The notes beneath the pieces were generated by a model. It was not told where the DNA came from. It was given only the letters and a program-made list of their open reading frames with translations, and did not search any database. A stretch of DNA of 62,165 bases, the filler included, from an uncultured virus (IMG/VR IMGVR_UViG_2049941000_000131) (lineage: Duplodnaviria; Heunggongvirae; Uroviricota; Caudoviricetes). It is 7 parts of one record of this genome, joined end to end, with 100 filler letters (N's around TTAATTAATTAA, not from the genome) between each part and the next. Parts side by side here need not be neighbours in the genome. Positions count along the whole stretch, not along the records: positions 1 to 236 come from IMGVR_UViG_2049941000_000131; positions 337 to 1,951 come from IMGVR_UViG_2049941000_000131; positions 2,052 to 4,612 come from IMGVR_UViG_2049941000_000131; positions 4,713 to 20,155 come from IMGVR_UViG_2049941000_000131; 3 more parts are not named here. One strand, written 5' to 3'. Within the stretch, counting starts at the first letter, position 1. Each line of letters opens with the position of its first letter. This document shows positions 1 through 9,919 of the stretch, one piece after another. A program made the position numbers and the translations under genes.

Positions 1-2
1 TA

Positions 3-83
3 AAAGCAGGAGAAAACAATATTACCATTACAGGAAACAACAGCTTTTCTGTTGATATAACTCCGAACTGGAGGCGGTTGTAA
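3..83 (+). CDS. Distal tail protein, C-terminal fragment (sibling phage)
   Basis: Reads ...SFSVDITPNWRRL*, matching the end of 26594..27343 (FSMSIIPNWRRL*). Confidence 0.8.
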   Translation, partial: KAGENNITITGNNSFSVDITPNWRRL

Positions 84-236
84 TGTTGCCTATATTATAT
101 CCGTCAAACACAAGCACAAGCGGATTTTTCAATCACAATGGCTTGGGATTTTTTAATCGGTGCTTGAAATGTGAAGTGACCGAGGAAACAAACGGCATTT
201 ATGAGCTTGCTATGACTATACTTCCGTCAGACAGGC
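83..236 (+). CDS. Tail-associated endopeptidase/Tal-like protein, N-terminal fragment
   Basis: MLPILY...NGLGF...C.V.EE.NG.YEL, homologous to 25400..26590; truncated by gap. Confidence 0.8.
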
Positions 237-280
237 NNNNNNNNNNNNNNNNNNNNNNNNNNNNNNNNNNNNNNNNNNNN

Positions 281-292
281 TTAATTAATTAA
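281..292. other. Artificial scaffold linker TTAATTAATTAA (also 1996-2007, 4657-4668, 20200-20211, 21090-21101, 50443-50454)
   Basis: Six-frame stop linker embedded in N runs. Confidence 0.97.
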
Positions 293-1734
293 NNNNNNNN
301 NNNNNNNNNNNNNNNNNNNNNNNNNNNNNNNNNNNNAACAGTTTATACACACATAGCTCCGTATGCGTATGTGACGCTAAAAGATTTGCGTAACGGAAAC
401 GAATCGTCATACTATTTCTTTTATAACGGCTCGAATCACGAAAACACGATAGCTATACCGAACAGCATTTTNNNNNNNNNNNNNNNNNNNNNNNNNNNNN
501 NNNNNNNNNNNNNNNNNNNNNNNNNNNNNNNNNNNNNNNNNNNNNNNNNNNNNNNNNNNNNNNNNNNNNNNNNNNNNNNNNNNNNNNNNNNNNNNNNNNN
601 NNNNNNNNNNNNNNNNNNNNNNNNNNNNNNNNNNNNNNNNNNNNNNNNNNNNNNNNNNNNNNNNNNNNNNNNNNNNNNNNNNNNNNNNNNNNNNNNNNNN
701 NNNNNNNNNNNNNNNNNNNNNNNNNNNNNNNNNNNNNNNNNNNNNNNNNNNNNNNNNNNNNNNNNNNNNNNNNNNNNNNNNNNNNNNNNNNNNNNNNNNN
801 NNNNNNNNNNNNNNNNNNNNNNNNNNNNNNNNNNNNNNNNNNNNNNNNNNNNNNNNNNNNNNNNNNNNNNNNNNNNNNNNNNNNNNNNNNNNNNNNNNNN
901 NNNNNNNNNNNNNNNNNNNNNNNNNNNNNNNNNNNNNNNNNNNNNNNNNNNNNNNNNNNNNNNNNNNNNNNNNNNNNNNNNNNNNNNNNNNNNNNNNNNN
1001 NNNNNNNNNNNNNNNNNNNNNNNNNNNNNNNNNNNNNNNNNNNNNNNNNNNNNNNNNNNNNNNNNNNNNNNNNNNNNNNNNNNNNNNNNNNNNNNNNNNN
1101 NNNNNNNNNNNNNNNNNNNNNNNNNNNNNNNNNNNNNNNNNNNNNNNNNNNNNNNNNNNNNNNNNNNNNNNNNNNNNNNNNNNNNNNNNNNNNNNNNNNN
1201 NNNNNNNNNNNNNNNNNNNNNNNNNNNNNNNNNNNNNNNNNNNNNNNNNNNNNNNNNNNNNNNNNNNNNNNNNNNNNNNNNNNNNNNNNNNNNNNNNNNN
1301 NNNNNNNNNNNNNNNNNNNNNNNNNNNNNNNNNNNNNNNNNNNNNNNNNNNNNNNNNNNNNNNNNNNNNNNNNNNNNNNNNNNNNNNNNNNNNNNNNNNN
1401 NNNNNNNNNNNNNNNNNNNNNNNNNNNNGTATACGGGGTATAGCTATAAGCAAAACACAAGCACATTGCAAATTGCGCCGTATATTAACAACAACAACGG
1501 CGCACAGTTTGATAATCTCAAAGCGATATTGATTACACCAATCAATACAGCCNNNNNNNNNNTTGCGCTGTCAAGATTACGATATGCCCCTATCTGCGAC
1601 TTAGCGTCGTTTGCGGATTTTCTCACACGATAAATAATATCATCGGCTTTTGTGAGATTTGCCGTAGTCGTCGCAGTTGCCGTACCCGTCAGACGCGCTT
1701 TAAACTGCTCCCACTTCTTAGCGTNNNNNNNNNN

Positions 1735-1839
1735 TAGCCGAGCCGTGAACCTCAGCCTTGCCGTAAACCTCAGCCGAGTTGTAAACCATAGCCGAGCCGC
1801 AAACCGTAGCCGAGCCGTGAACCGTAGCCGAGCCGTGAA
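1735..1839 (-). repeat. 18-bp coding repeat (hexapeptide HGSATV/YGKAEV; beta-helix protein fragment)
   Basis: Tandem agccgagccgtgaacc-like units; translation HGSATVHGSATVCGSAMVYNSAEVYGKAEVHGSA. Confidence 0.7.
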
Positions 1840-2051
1840 NNNNNNNNNNATATTTGACGGGCGGCAAATCGGGGAAAATGCCCCTTGCTCTCTCTATCAT
1901 GTCGATCATAATATCACTGTCCGAGCCGCCCGAATAGCTGCAAATAGCTTTNNNNNNNNNNNNNNNNNNNNNNNNNNNNNNNNNNNNNNNNNNNNTTAAT
2001 TAATTAANNNNNNNNNNNNNNNNNNNNNNNNNNNNNNNNNNNNNNNNNNNN

Positions 2052-2382
2052 GCCCCTTTTCGTACCAGTCTGTATAAACTTCTTCCATGCGTTTCAGAAC
2101 AGAAACAAGTTCGTTCTGAATCTCATCGGCTGTACCGGTGTACTCGCTTTCGCTAAGGTAAATATCGAAGTCTTCCGACTCGTTGCCTGACTCCCAGCCA
2201 TTTGCGTATATATTGACGTATAAAGCTACCGTATGCCCTGCAAAGCGTACAAAAAATGTTGGTTTGCCGCTCGTGAGTTTCTGCTCCGTTTTCGTGCTGT
2301 TATAAAACATAGCACGCTCCACAATCCTCAAAACCAATGCTCTTACCTCTGCCGTAATTGGCTTTTCTTTAAAATCGTCCAT
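2052..2382 (-). CDS. Conserved phage early protein (homolog of 2996..3331 and 60574..60909), 3' truncated
   Basis: Shared N-terminus M.DF.EKPITAEVRALV and KPTFF motif in three copies. Confidence 0.8.
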
Positions 2383-2470
2383 TGACTTTTGTCCTTTCTT
2401 TTGGTAAAATTAAAGTGGTTATTTATGTTTGCCGCCCGAGGAATTGCCGTTCCGCAAGGCGGCTGTTTTT
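2382..2470 (+). ncRNA. Putative antisense small RNA unit (sigmaA promoter plus terminator hairpin)
   Basis: TTGACT-17-TAAAAT followed by GCCGCC..GGAATTGCCGTTCC..GGCGGC and a T-tract; three copies in window. Confidence 0.55.
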
Positions 2471-2756
2471 ATGTGTAAACTTTAATTCCCAGCTCTTCCA
2501 TAAGAGCAGGAACCTCATTATCTGTAATAATCACGTCTTTGAGCGTTTTAATATGTTCTAAATTCTTAACATATCCATGCCACCAAAGAAATTTATATAC
2601 TGTTGTTGTTTGCTTAGCATGGTTAATATGTATATCAATTGCCAAACCATTCCGCATTTCATGTTTATCTAAAATCTCCGGTGCTATCATAAAGGTGATA
2701 TATTCTTCACCGTCTTTCCCTATGCTGCTGTGAGTATAATCATATCCATAGTTCAT
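2469..2756 (-). CDS. Hypothetical protein in variable slot
   Basis: 95-aa ORF with GAGGAG RBS. Confidence 0.7.
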   Translation of the reverse strand: MNYGYDYTHSSIGKDGEEYITFMIAPEILDKHEMRNGLAIDIHINHAKQTTTVYKFLWWHGYVKNLEHIKTLKDVIITDNEVPALMEELGIKVYT

Positions 2757-2995
2757 CTCAGCTCCTCTTTTCTCCCGAATTTAATCTCAATTCTGCCGTT
2801 GNNNNNNNNNNATCCTCCCTTAGAGCATAGGTTATCACTGCACAATGACAGCAGTAAGTGTTGTCGTCAATTACAACTATTCGCTCGCCCTCGAAAATAT
2901 CATCGCCGCAAGAGCAGCAGTTAAACAGCGGCTCTTCATCATAGCGTTCCGGCAGCTTGTTTTCATACTGCCTGTATGCTATATCCTCTAAAAAA

Positions 2996-3331
2996 TTATT
3001 CATTTGCGTTCTCCTTTTCGTTCCAGTCATTGTAAATCTCGTCCATGCGGTTCGATACTCCTTGCAGCTGTGACAAGGTGCCTTCTTCGCAAAATTTCGC
3101 TCCTAAGAATTCTGTTAAATACTCGCATTTGGAGTCATTGCTATATCCATTTGCATGAGCATGAACCTCAAGTGTGCCAATATGCCCTGAGAAATACAAA
3201 AAGAACGTTGGCTTACTGCCTGTATCTTCCTGCTGTGTCACTGTCGGATTGTAATCTAAGAAGCGGTCTACAATCTCGTGAACCAATGCTCTTACCTCTG
3301 CCGTAATTGGCTTTTCTATAAAATCTTTCAT
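2996..3331 (-). CDS. Conserved phage early protein
   Basis: Homologous copies at 2052..2382 and 60574..60909; AGGAG RBS. Confidence 0.8.
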   Translation of the reverse strand: MKDFIEKPITAEVRALVHEIVDRFLDYNPTVTQQEDTGSKPTFFLYFSGHIGTLEVHAHANGYSNDSKCEYLTEFLGAKFCEEGTLSQLQGVSNRMDEIYNDWNEKENANE

Positions 3332-3421
3332 TGACTTTTTCTCCTTTTTGCATTAGAATTAAATTGGAATTATTTATATTTGCCGCCTGTTGGAATTGCC
3401 GTCCTAAGGCGGCTTTTTTTA
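3331..3421 (+). ncRNA. Putative antisense small RNA unit, copy 2
   Basis: TTGACT-17-TAGAAT; GCCGCC..GGAATTGCCGTCC..GGCGGC-T7. Confidence 0.55.
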
Positions 3422-4567
3422 TTTTCCCTCTGCATTCATCTTCTCTATGTCTTCAAAGCTCAGTTGCAAGCTCGCCGCCGCTTTTGCTTCTTTTTCCTCG
3501 TTCATTCTCTTGGCTTTGTAATCGTTGTACTTTTGGCGGTACTCGTAACTTTTGCCAAAAAGGTTCCAAGCTGCTTTTACAACATTAGGCTCATACGGTC
3601 TGATTTTCTCTAAGTCATCAACCGCTTTATACGAAATAGGGCAACCGCAGCAGCCTGTTCTTGTCAGCCCATAGACTTCGTATGCATCGGAATATCTTAT
3701 GTTATAATACTCTTTGTACCACGCTTTATCCTTGTCAGTTACGTAATAAAGAGGCTTAAATCTATATTTGCCGTCATGTGTTTCTGAAAAACACATTGTA
3801 TTCGTCTGATTCCATAGCTCAGACCTAGGGACAGATCGCATACCGCCTTCATCTCTTCTTTCACCTGTTATTATCATGTCATAGCCTTTTTGTGCTCGGT
3901 GCGCAACTTGCTTTTTGCAATAATCGCAGCACTTAGCGCTAACCTGAAATTCAGGCGGATACTCTCTGATGAAGTCTAACATGTATTTATTTGAATTAAT
4001 TACAAGCTGTATGCTAGGCCTTGACTCGCCTTTTGAATTGCAGCAGCAAAGAAAATTAATCGTTGTTTCACATTTCGGATAACGCTCTTTCAATTCTTTA
4101 CGCTTTGCAGCTTTATTCTCTGCATTGTTGTATTCATCGTAAATCGATAGCGGGAGCTCTTTCTTCTGCCAACCCTCAAGCCCTGCCGACATAATCTTCG
4201 ATACAAACGGTATCCCGTGTTCTCTTGCAGCTTGGACTATGTTTATTTTTGGGCGTACTTCTTCAATCTCAACACCCGAGTATTTCTCAGCAGTTGCTTT
4301 TACGTGGTCTTTTGTCGCTTTCATTTCAAGTCCCGTATTAAAAAATACATACTTGACAGGCGGCAGGTTGAAAAGTTCTCTTGTCCGCTCAATCAGGTCA
4401 ATCAGAATGTCGCTGTCTGCACCGCCTGAGTATGAGCATATTGCACTCGGATGTTGCCTTAACCGTGTAGCGATTATTCCTTGAATTGCCTGGAATTTCG
4501 CAGCTGAGTCCAAATCTGCATAAGCTGGGCGGTTTGTGTACACCCTGCTTTTATACTCTTCTTTCAT
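3419..4567 (-). CDS. PAPS/APS reductase-family (PP-loop) protein with Fe-S ligands
   Basis: CSYSGGADS PP-loop, FFNTGLE, KCCDYCKK, ITGERRDEGG, RTGCCGCP. Confidence 0.88.
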   Translation of the reverse strand: MKEEYKSRVYTNRPAYADLDSAAKFQAIQGIIATRLRQHPSAICSYSGGADSDILIDLIERTRELFNLPPVKYVFFNTGLEMKATKDHVKATAEKYSGVEIEEVRPKINIVQAAREHGIPFVSKIMSAGLEGWQKKELPLSIYDEYNNAENKAAKRKELKERYPKCETTINFLCCCNSKGESRPSIQLVINSNKYMLDFIREYPPEFQVSAKCCDYCKKQVAHRAQKGYDMIITGERRDEGGMRSVPRSELWNQTNTMCFSETHDGKYRFKPLYYVTDKDKAWYKEYYNIRYSDAYEVYGLTRTGCCGCPISYKAVDDLEKIRPYEPNVVKAAWNLFGKSYEYRQKYNDYKAKRMNEEKEAKAAASLQLSFEDIEKMNAEGK

Positions 4568-4734
4568 CTCAGCTCCTCTTTTCTCCCGAATTTAATCTCA
4601 ATTCTGCCGTTGNNNNNNNNNNNNNNNNNNNNNNNNNNNNNNNNNNNNNNNNNNNNTTAATTAATTAANNNNNNNNNNNNNNNNNNNNNNNNNNNNNNNN
4701 NNNNNNNNNNNNTAAAAAAACGAGGAGGTACAAT

Positions 4735-5030
4735 ATGCCGATTAACAAAGCATTAGACAAAAACGGTAAACCAATCAAAAAAGACGGTAAAATCAAGTAC
4801 CGTGTGCGTGTCAACTACACAGACAGTTACGGCAACAACAAGCAGATAGAGCGGACAGCCTACGGGGCAGATGAAGCAAAGCAGCTTGAAAGGGAACTGC
4901 TCCACTCTGTCAAAGAAGAAACACCAACAAAGAAAATGACTTTCGGACAACTTTATGAAGAGTATAAAAAAGCAAAGAAGCACGAAACAAGACAGTCAAC
5001 TCAAGACACCCTTGAAACACGTATAAAAAC
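4735..5030 (+). CDS. int: Tyrosine integrase, N-terminal arm-binding part (truncated; second fragment at 19749..19874)
   Basis: KYRVRVNYTD..G..KQI.R...EAK..E, MTFGQLYEEY, RQST; GAGGAGG RBS. Confidence 0.75.
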
Positions 5031-5408
5031 NNNNNNNNNNCAAGACAGATCAGATAGTTTGCTAAAAACTCCACTGACATTCCTGTGCGGTCTGCCAGCG
5101 AATTCAATACCTCGTGTGTTCCCTTGTAAATCCTCACGTTTACTGCCCTTGCGGCTGAACTCTCCCCTATGTCGGAGAGTATTAGTTTGTCACTCATCTG
5201 AATTTTCCTCCTTGTTCTTTTTCCATTTCTGAAATTCATTGTCTAAGCCTGCTTCAATAATAAGTGCGTACAATGCAGAGAGGTGATATGCAAAAACATC
5301 ATTTTTGCCTTTCCACGCATTGTAAGTTCTCTCAAACAAAAGTTCTTTCAAATCATTCATTCTGAACCTCCTCTCGGGTCTGTCGGGGTGTTGACTGTTT
5401 ATCATTGC

Positions 5409-5962
5409 TCAACAGGATACCCTGCTTTCCAGTTCGTTTACACGTTCGGATAATGCGATCAAGTCCTTTTGCATTTCAAATATAAGTGTTGTTAAGGCTG
5501 TTATTCTCTTTGAATAGTCAGGCTGTGCAACTGTTGTTGTCTGTATTGCCTGTTGTGTTGCCTCTTGTTTCGTTTCAGGCTTTTCGGATTGTGCGATGCC
5601 GGGTTTAGTTCCATAAAGCTCACACATTTCATTGAATGCTTCGGGAGTCAAAAGGCACACAGCGTTTCTCGCTCTTGGTGTTTTCGGGTTTTCTTTCTTG
5701 TATTCGTGAAGCTCCCCACGCTGTACGACAATGTAATCCTTATTTCGTTCAAAGTGTGCACGGACATAGTATTTAATGTTTGAATAGCTTATATTTGAAA
5801 AATGCTCAACATCTGCAAGCGTATAAACCGTTTCGCCCCTAAAAGTTTTATCAAAGTATTCGTAACCGTCATTGAAAACTTTCTGCTGTGCGTATTTCGG
5901 TTTTTCTTCTTTAGCTCTGAAATAGCTGTTGACCAAGAACCTTTGCACGTCCCATGAAAGGT
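5409..5962 (-). CDS. Antirepressor-like DNA-binding protein (5' truncated)
   Basis: LVNSYF..KE junction followed by FRGETVYTL.D ORF6N-like segment. Confidence 0.5.
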
Positions 5963-6212
5963 NNNNNNNNNNATGCTGTTGATTTCAATACTGATGTCCG
6001 GCATTGTGAAATCAATGTTGTTAGTGCTGTCTGTGAGCTTGTCAAGCTCGGTGAATAAATCGTTCATTGGTTTTTTCCCCTCTTCCTTTCGCACTTCGGG
6101 CAGTAGTACGCTCTGCCCGACTCGTCATTTTTGCTTACGTTCCAGTCCAGTCCGCAGCCACGACAGATTCTGTACTTGTGTCCGGAGACATGCGGCAGGC
6201 GTTTAGGCTTGC

Positions 6213-6536
6213 TCATTGGAGAACCTCGCCGTCCTCGTTGACTTCTTCACGCTCGAATTCTATTCCCAATTCGCCAATTACTGCTCTATCGAGGTGTTCC
6301 CAAAATGCTTCGTCTGTCAATACTTCGTTCATCAACTTGTTTACGCTGTCAATCAGAAATTCAAGTCGCTTTTTGCCAAAGCCAAAATCACGGTTAAGGC
6401 AATAACAAAAAGCTTTGAAAAGTCTGCGTGTAAAGCCAAACTGTTTCTTGCTGAGTTCCTGTTCTGCCAATGCAAGCATATCTTTTTGCGTTTGTTTGGT
6501 GAGCTTGTTTTTTAAGGGTATGTGGGCTTTCATCAT
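6213..6536 (-). CDS. Conserved phage hypothetical protein
   Basis: L..DFGFGKKRL motif typical of Firmicutes phage proteins. Confidence 0.7.
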   Translation of the reverse strand: MMKAHIPLKNKLTKQTQKDMLALAEQELSKKQFGFTRRLFKAFCYCLNRDFGFGKKRLEFLIDSVNKLMNEVLTDEAFWEHLDRAVIGELGIEFEREEVNEDGEVLQ

Positions 6537-6615
6537 TTAACTCTCTCTTTCTATACTAAGATTTACCAAGTTCTTCACACGCTATTAAAATTTTTATTTT
6601 TCTTCATCCTCTCTT

Positions 6616-6810
6616 TTATTTCAAAAAGATATCAATATCTAAAATTTCTTGCAGTCTTTCAATCTCACGATCAGTAAAGCTGCCTTTTTTATTTTTGCCG
6701 TTCAGCTTATTAGACAAAGCTCTTAAGCTGATGCCCAGTAGCTCGGCTACATCTTTTTGCGTGTAACCCTTGCGAACAAATTCCGCTTTTAATTCGTTAA
6801 TTTTAATAAT
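6616..6810 (-). CDS. XRE-family HTH regulator with probable ATT start
   Basis: AAGGAGGAG RBS then ATT ATT AAA...; ELKAEFVRKGYTQKDVAELLGISLRALSNKLNGK; not in ORF track. Confidence 0.75.
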   Translation of the reverse strand: MIKINELKAEFVRKGYTQKDVAELLGISLRALSNKLNGKNKKGSFTDREIERLQEILDIDIFLK

Positions 6811-6888
6811 GTTCTCCTCCTTACATTATACGTGCTATTTCAAGCAGCTTCTGATTGTTCGCACAAACAATCAGAATAGTACCTTCTC

Positions 6889-7101
6889 TTAAAAATCCTC
6901 TCCGATATATTCAAGCTCGTCTGCTACGTCCCAGTTGCACATATCGCATTCTTCCTCTGCTTCCTCGTTAACTATTGCGAAAAATGCTTGGTAATAGCCG
7001 TCATCGCCCTTGACCAGTGCTTCATACATCCCTGTTCCTGCATTGTAATAAGCTTCCTGCGTGAATGTGTACTCTTTTCCATTAAATAATGTAGTTGTCA
7101 T
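6889..7101 (-). CDS. Small acidic hypothetical protein (moron)
   Basis: GAGGT RBS; own consensus promoter upstream. Confidence 0.7.
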   Translation of the reverse strand: MTTTLFNGKEYTFTQEAYYNAGTGMYEALVKGDDGYYQAFFAIVNEEAEEECDMCNWDVADELEYIGEDF

Positions 7102-7161
7102 AATACTTACCTCTTTCTCTACTTTCTGCCTATCGGCTTTGTTGTTTCTTATCTTGATATT

Positions 7162-7190
7162 ATTATACATCATTAAGAGGCAAATGTCAA
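7162..7190 (-). promoter_or_regulatory. sigmaA consensus promoter
   Basis: TTGACA-17-TATAAT. Confidence 0.85.
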
Positions 7191-7240
7191 GCAAAAAAAT
7201 GCACTTTTTTAGAAAAAAATTGCAATCTACATATTAAACA

Positions 7241-7268
7241 AAAAGCCTACAAATTATTGTAGGCTTTT
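7241..7268. terminator. Bidirectional intrinsic terminator closing the 7276-10789 operon
   Basis: AAAAGCCTACAA-atta-TTGTAGGCTTTT. Confidence 0.8.
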
Positions 7269-7275
7269 CACAAAA

Positions 7276-7596
7276 TTATAATTTCCTCATCACGCTATCG
7301 TATAATCTAGGATTAATCACTTGTAGAGTAGTCATTAAATCGTCCATTATCTCTAATACTTCATCAATGCTTTTATCTTTGATTATATTGGAAAAAGATG
7401 TACCGCTGCTGTAATTAATCTTTTGTTCTGTAAGTTTAGAATTAAAAGAATAATCGTTAGGTATATCATTTTTACTATCAATCATATAATCTTTAATGAT
7501 GTAATAAGCTGCCAACTTAATACAGGTATTAGCGTTTGGATTAGGCTGCCCCTGACACTCTGCGATAGCCTCGTCTAAGTCACGCTCAGTTATCAA
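7276..7596 (-). CDS. Uncharacterised operon gene 7 (small helical protein)
   Basis: Tightly packed ORF, GGTGG RBS. Confidence 0.8.
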   Translation of the reverse strand: MITERDLDEAIAECQGQPNPNANTCIKLAAYYIIKDYMIDSKNDIPNDYSFNSKLTEQKINYSSGTSFSNIIKDKSIDEVLEIMDDLMTTLQVINPRLYDSVMRKL

Positions 7597-7610
7597 GGAT
7601 AGCCACCACC

Positions 7611-8030
7611 TTACATAGTTTCAAGTTTGTTGATAAACTTTTTAAACTCCTGCTTTGTACGTTCGTCGTGTGTATCCTGCATAAGCTCGTGCAAATCATT
7701 AATCATATCGTCCTTAGCATCGTCATAGGAGTAGCCGCCCCGGCTATATCTACCCATGCTGTCACGCTTTGCATTTCTGCCTCTTGCGTAGGAGCGACCA
7801 TCATACGTTCTACGTCTTACGCTGCTCATGCCGTCACTCTCTCTATCATAAGAGCCACGATAATTATAATCATTGCTATACTCTTCCATAGCAGCGATTG
7901 TGTCAATGGACTTAATAGCGTGAGTAAGTTTATCCACAGTGTCAAGGCTGCCTGCTGTAAGCTCGCCTTTGCGTGTGATTTCTTCAAGCTCCTTACAGAG
8001 CATTTCTTTAAGCTCTTCATACATGTGCAT
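7611..8030 (-). CDS. Uncharacterised operon gene 6 (charged helical protein with Arg/Tyr/Gly-rich linker)
   Basis: LKEMLCKELEE...RDSMGRYSR. Confidence 0.8.
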   Translation of the reverse strand: MHMYEELKEMLCKELEEITRKGELTAGSLDTVDKLTHAIKSIDTIAAMEEYSNDYNYRGSYDRESDGMSSVRRRTYDGRSYARGRNAKRDSMGRYSRGGYSYDDAKDDMINDLHELMQDTHDERTKQEFKKFINKLETM

Positions 8031-8043
8031 TCGTCTACCCCCC

Positions 8044-8508
8044 TTAATATGTCACATTCAAGTCCGGTCTGCTAAAAATGATATTAGCGTTCTGAACAAG
8101 AATAGGCTGATCGGAAATGTTTCTGACCGTCAACGACTGACAACAACCACGCCACACACTAACTATTGTAGCGTCTGAAACGTTGAAAAATTCCTCAACC
8201 GCCGCCGGGGTTACTGTCATTTGTGTCGTGGGAACTGTACCACCGTCAAGAGTCAGTGCAAGCGATATAGGAGCAACTGTGCCACCTGTTGGAATAGCAA
8301 TGTTCGCTCCAAAATCAACAAGATATCTTGCAGAATTGGGGCAGCAGCCGCAATTATTTCTTCGCACATTTCCTCGAAGAAGAAAGTTTCCAGTGTCGTC
8401 TCTGTGACGGACAAATCCGCGCGTACAAGGTACGGGCGATTCTGTGAATATTACGGATTCGCCAGGGTTGACGGTCTGAGTGAGGTTATTCGAGAATTCA
8501 CAAGCCAT
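8044..8508 (-). CDS. Uncharacterised operon gene 5 (Cys-containing beta-rich protein, BclA-CTD/C1q-like pattern)
   Basis: QTVNPGESVIF...G.FLL...CGCC..ARYLVDFGANI...NANIIF; fold is inference. Confidence 0.75.
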   Translation of the reverse strand: MACEFSNNLTQTVNPGESVIFTESPVPCTRGFVRHRDDTGNFLLRGNVRRNNCGCCPNSARYLVDFGANIAIPTGGTVAPISLALTLDGGTVPTTQMTVTPAAVEEFFNVSDATIVSVWRGCCQSLTVRNISDQPILVQNANIIFSRPDLNVTY

Positions 8509-8520
8509 AACCTCACCGCC

Positions 8521-9579
8521 TTAAAAATTACCGCCGCAGCCGCAACCGCAGCCGTTATTGTTGCAAGTAAAAATCGGTTGCCTACCATATACAGGAACCG
8601 TGCTTACAGGGCATTCATTAAGACGTGTATATACCTGACCCGGTATTGCTGCCTGACCTGCAAGAATCTGAGCAGTCTGTACATCCTGAGAATTCTGCCC
8701 ACGCTGATAAATGCTTTCAGCCGCAGCCTGACCACGAGTGTAAAGGATTTCCTGACGGAGTTGTGCAATTTCGTCATTCTTTGCATCAATCTTGTCTTGA
8801 CAAAGCTGATCTTTGATTGACTGAATGCCCGAATTGACAAGGTTAAGAATGGACTGAGTATTCTGTGTGCTGTTTGCTCTATCTGCACAAGCTTCTGTTG
8901 CAATAGTGTATTTGAGATCATTTGTTGCAAGCCTATTGTCGCAGCAGCATTGAGCAAGCTGAGACTGTACACTGTTGAAGCCCTGAGTGTTTGCGGTCTG
9001 CTCCGCAAAGGAACGGTTAAGGTTGGCAATCTCGTTACTGTACATCTGTTGAGCAAGAGCGTTCTGCGCGCCTGTAACGGCATTTGTAACGCCGTTGAAG
9101 CCTTGACACATACCGAGATTTGTACTTGCAAATCCCTGATTAACTGCGTTAGTAATTGCCGAACCTGTTTGACAAACATTCTGATTAACTCCTGCAATAC
9201 CAAGTTGAACATCTCCAAAGCCACTAACAACGGTGTTGTTCAGATCTCCGATTGCTGAGGTTAAAGCTGCCTGATTGAATCCTGCATTAGTGTTAGCGTT
9301 GACGCCATTAAGTACGTTCTGCTGACCGTTAAGCAGCCACGGAAATTCAAACATATTGCCAAAGCCGCCGCCCCAGCCGCCGCCGAAGCCGCCGCCGAAG
9401 CCGCCCATGCCCCAACCGCCGCCGAACATCATAGCGATAAGAAATAGAACAATCCAGTCATCACCGAAGCCAAAGCCGCCGCCAAAATTGCCGCCGTAAG
9501 GCATAGCGTAGCCGTAACCGCCCATTGGCTGTACGGGCATGATCATGCCGTTGCCGCCGTTTTCGTCTGTAAGTGCCAT
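8521..9579 (-). CDS. Uncharacterised operon gene 4 (Gly-rich N-terminus, hydrophobic segment, Asn/Gln-rich repeats, CCC motif, CGCGCG tail)
   Basis: WIVLFLIAMMFGGGWG; LAQCCCDNR; AAGGAAGG RBS. Confidence 0.85.
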   Translation of the reverse strand: MALTDENGGNGMIMPVQPMGGYGYAMPYGGNFGGGFGFGDDWIVLFLIAMMFGGGWGMGGFGGGFGGGWGGGFGNMFEFPWLLNGQQNVLNGVNANTNAGFNQAALTSAIGDLNNTVVSGFGDVQLGIAGVNQNVCQTGSAITNAVNQGFASTNLGMCQGFNGVTNAVTGAQNALAQQMYSNEIANLNRSFAEQTANTQGFNSVQSQLAQCCCDNRLATNDLKYTIATEACADRANSTQNTQSILNLVNSGIQSIKDQLCQDKIDAKNDEIAQLRQEILYTRGQAAAESIYQRGQNSQDVQTAQILAGQAAIPGQVYTRLNECPVSTVPVYGRQPIFTCNNNGCGCGCGGNF

Positions 9580-9643
9580 ATTTTAATACCTTCCTTAAAA
9601 AGATTTATATTGAAAGCCCTGCGCACTGGCTTTAATACCTCTG

Positions 9644-9919
9644 TTATTTTTTCCCCATCATCTGCATTTGCTGTTGAAACATGGGGTTATTTCTTATATT
9701 TTGAGCTGTTTGCTGTAACTGTGAATACTGCTCCTGAGACAGCTTGCCGGAGTTCATTAAATGCTGTATGATCTCACCGGGATTGTTCATGCCCTGAGGA
9801 ATGTTCAAGCCACTCTGTGATAACATCTGCATGGGATTTCCCGAAAATTGCTGAAATTTGCTCATAAAATCGTTAAAAGATACACCGCTTTGTTTGTTTT
9901 GAATCAATGGGTTACGCAT
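9644..9919 (-). CDS. Uncharacterised operon gene 3 (Gln/Met/Asn-rich, STI1-like composition)
   Basis: NPMQMLSQ...NNPGEIIQHLMNSGKLSQEQY; overlaps stop of gene 2. Confidence 0.8.
   Translation of the reverse strand: MRNPLIQNKQSGVSFNDFMSKFQQFSGNPMQMLSQSGLNIPQGMNNPGEIIQHLMNSGKLSQEQYSQLQQTAQNIRNNPMFQQQMQMMGKK

Noticed and set aside
281..292. Repeated TTAATTAATTAA palindromes as biological sites
   Set aside because: Always embedded in N runs; standard concatenation linker
371..1633. Long ORFs spanning N runs (also 18629..19816, 21094..21865, 61090..61930) and apparent fusions such as 4735..5232 or 20270..20869
   Set aside because: Artefacts of translating through gaps that join unrelated or inverted fragments
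1735..1839. 18-bp tandem repeat as CRISPR or iterons
   Set aside because: No spacers; in-frame hexapeptide coding repeat
9360..9500. GCCGCC-rich repeats as a non-coding repeat array
   Set aside because: They are Gly codons (GGC) of the 352-aa protein on the minus strand
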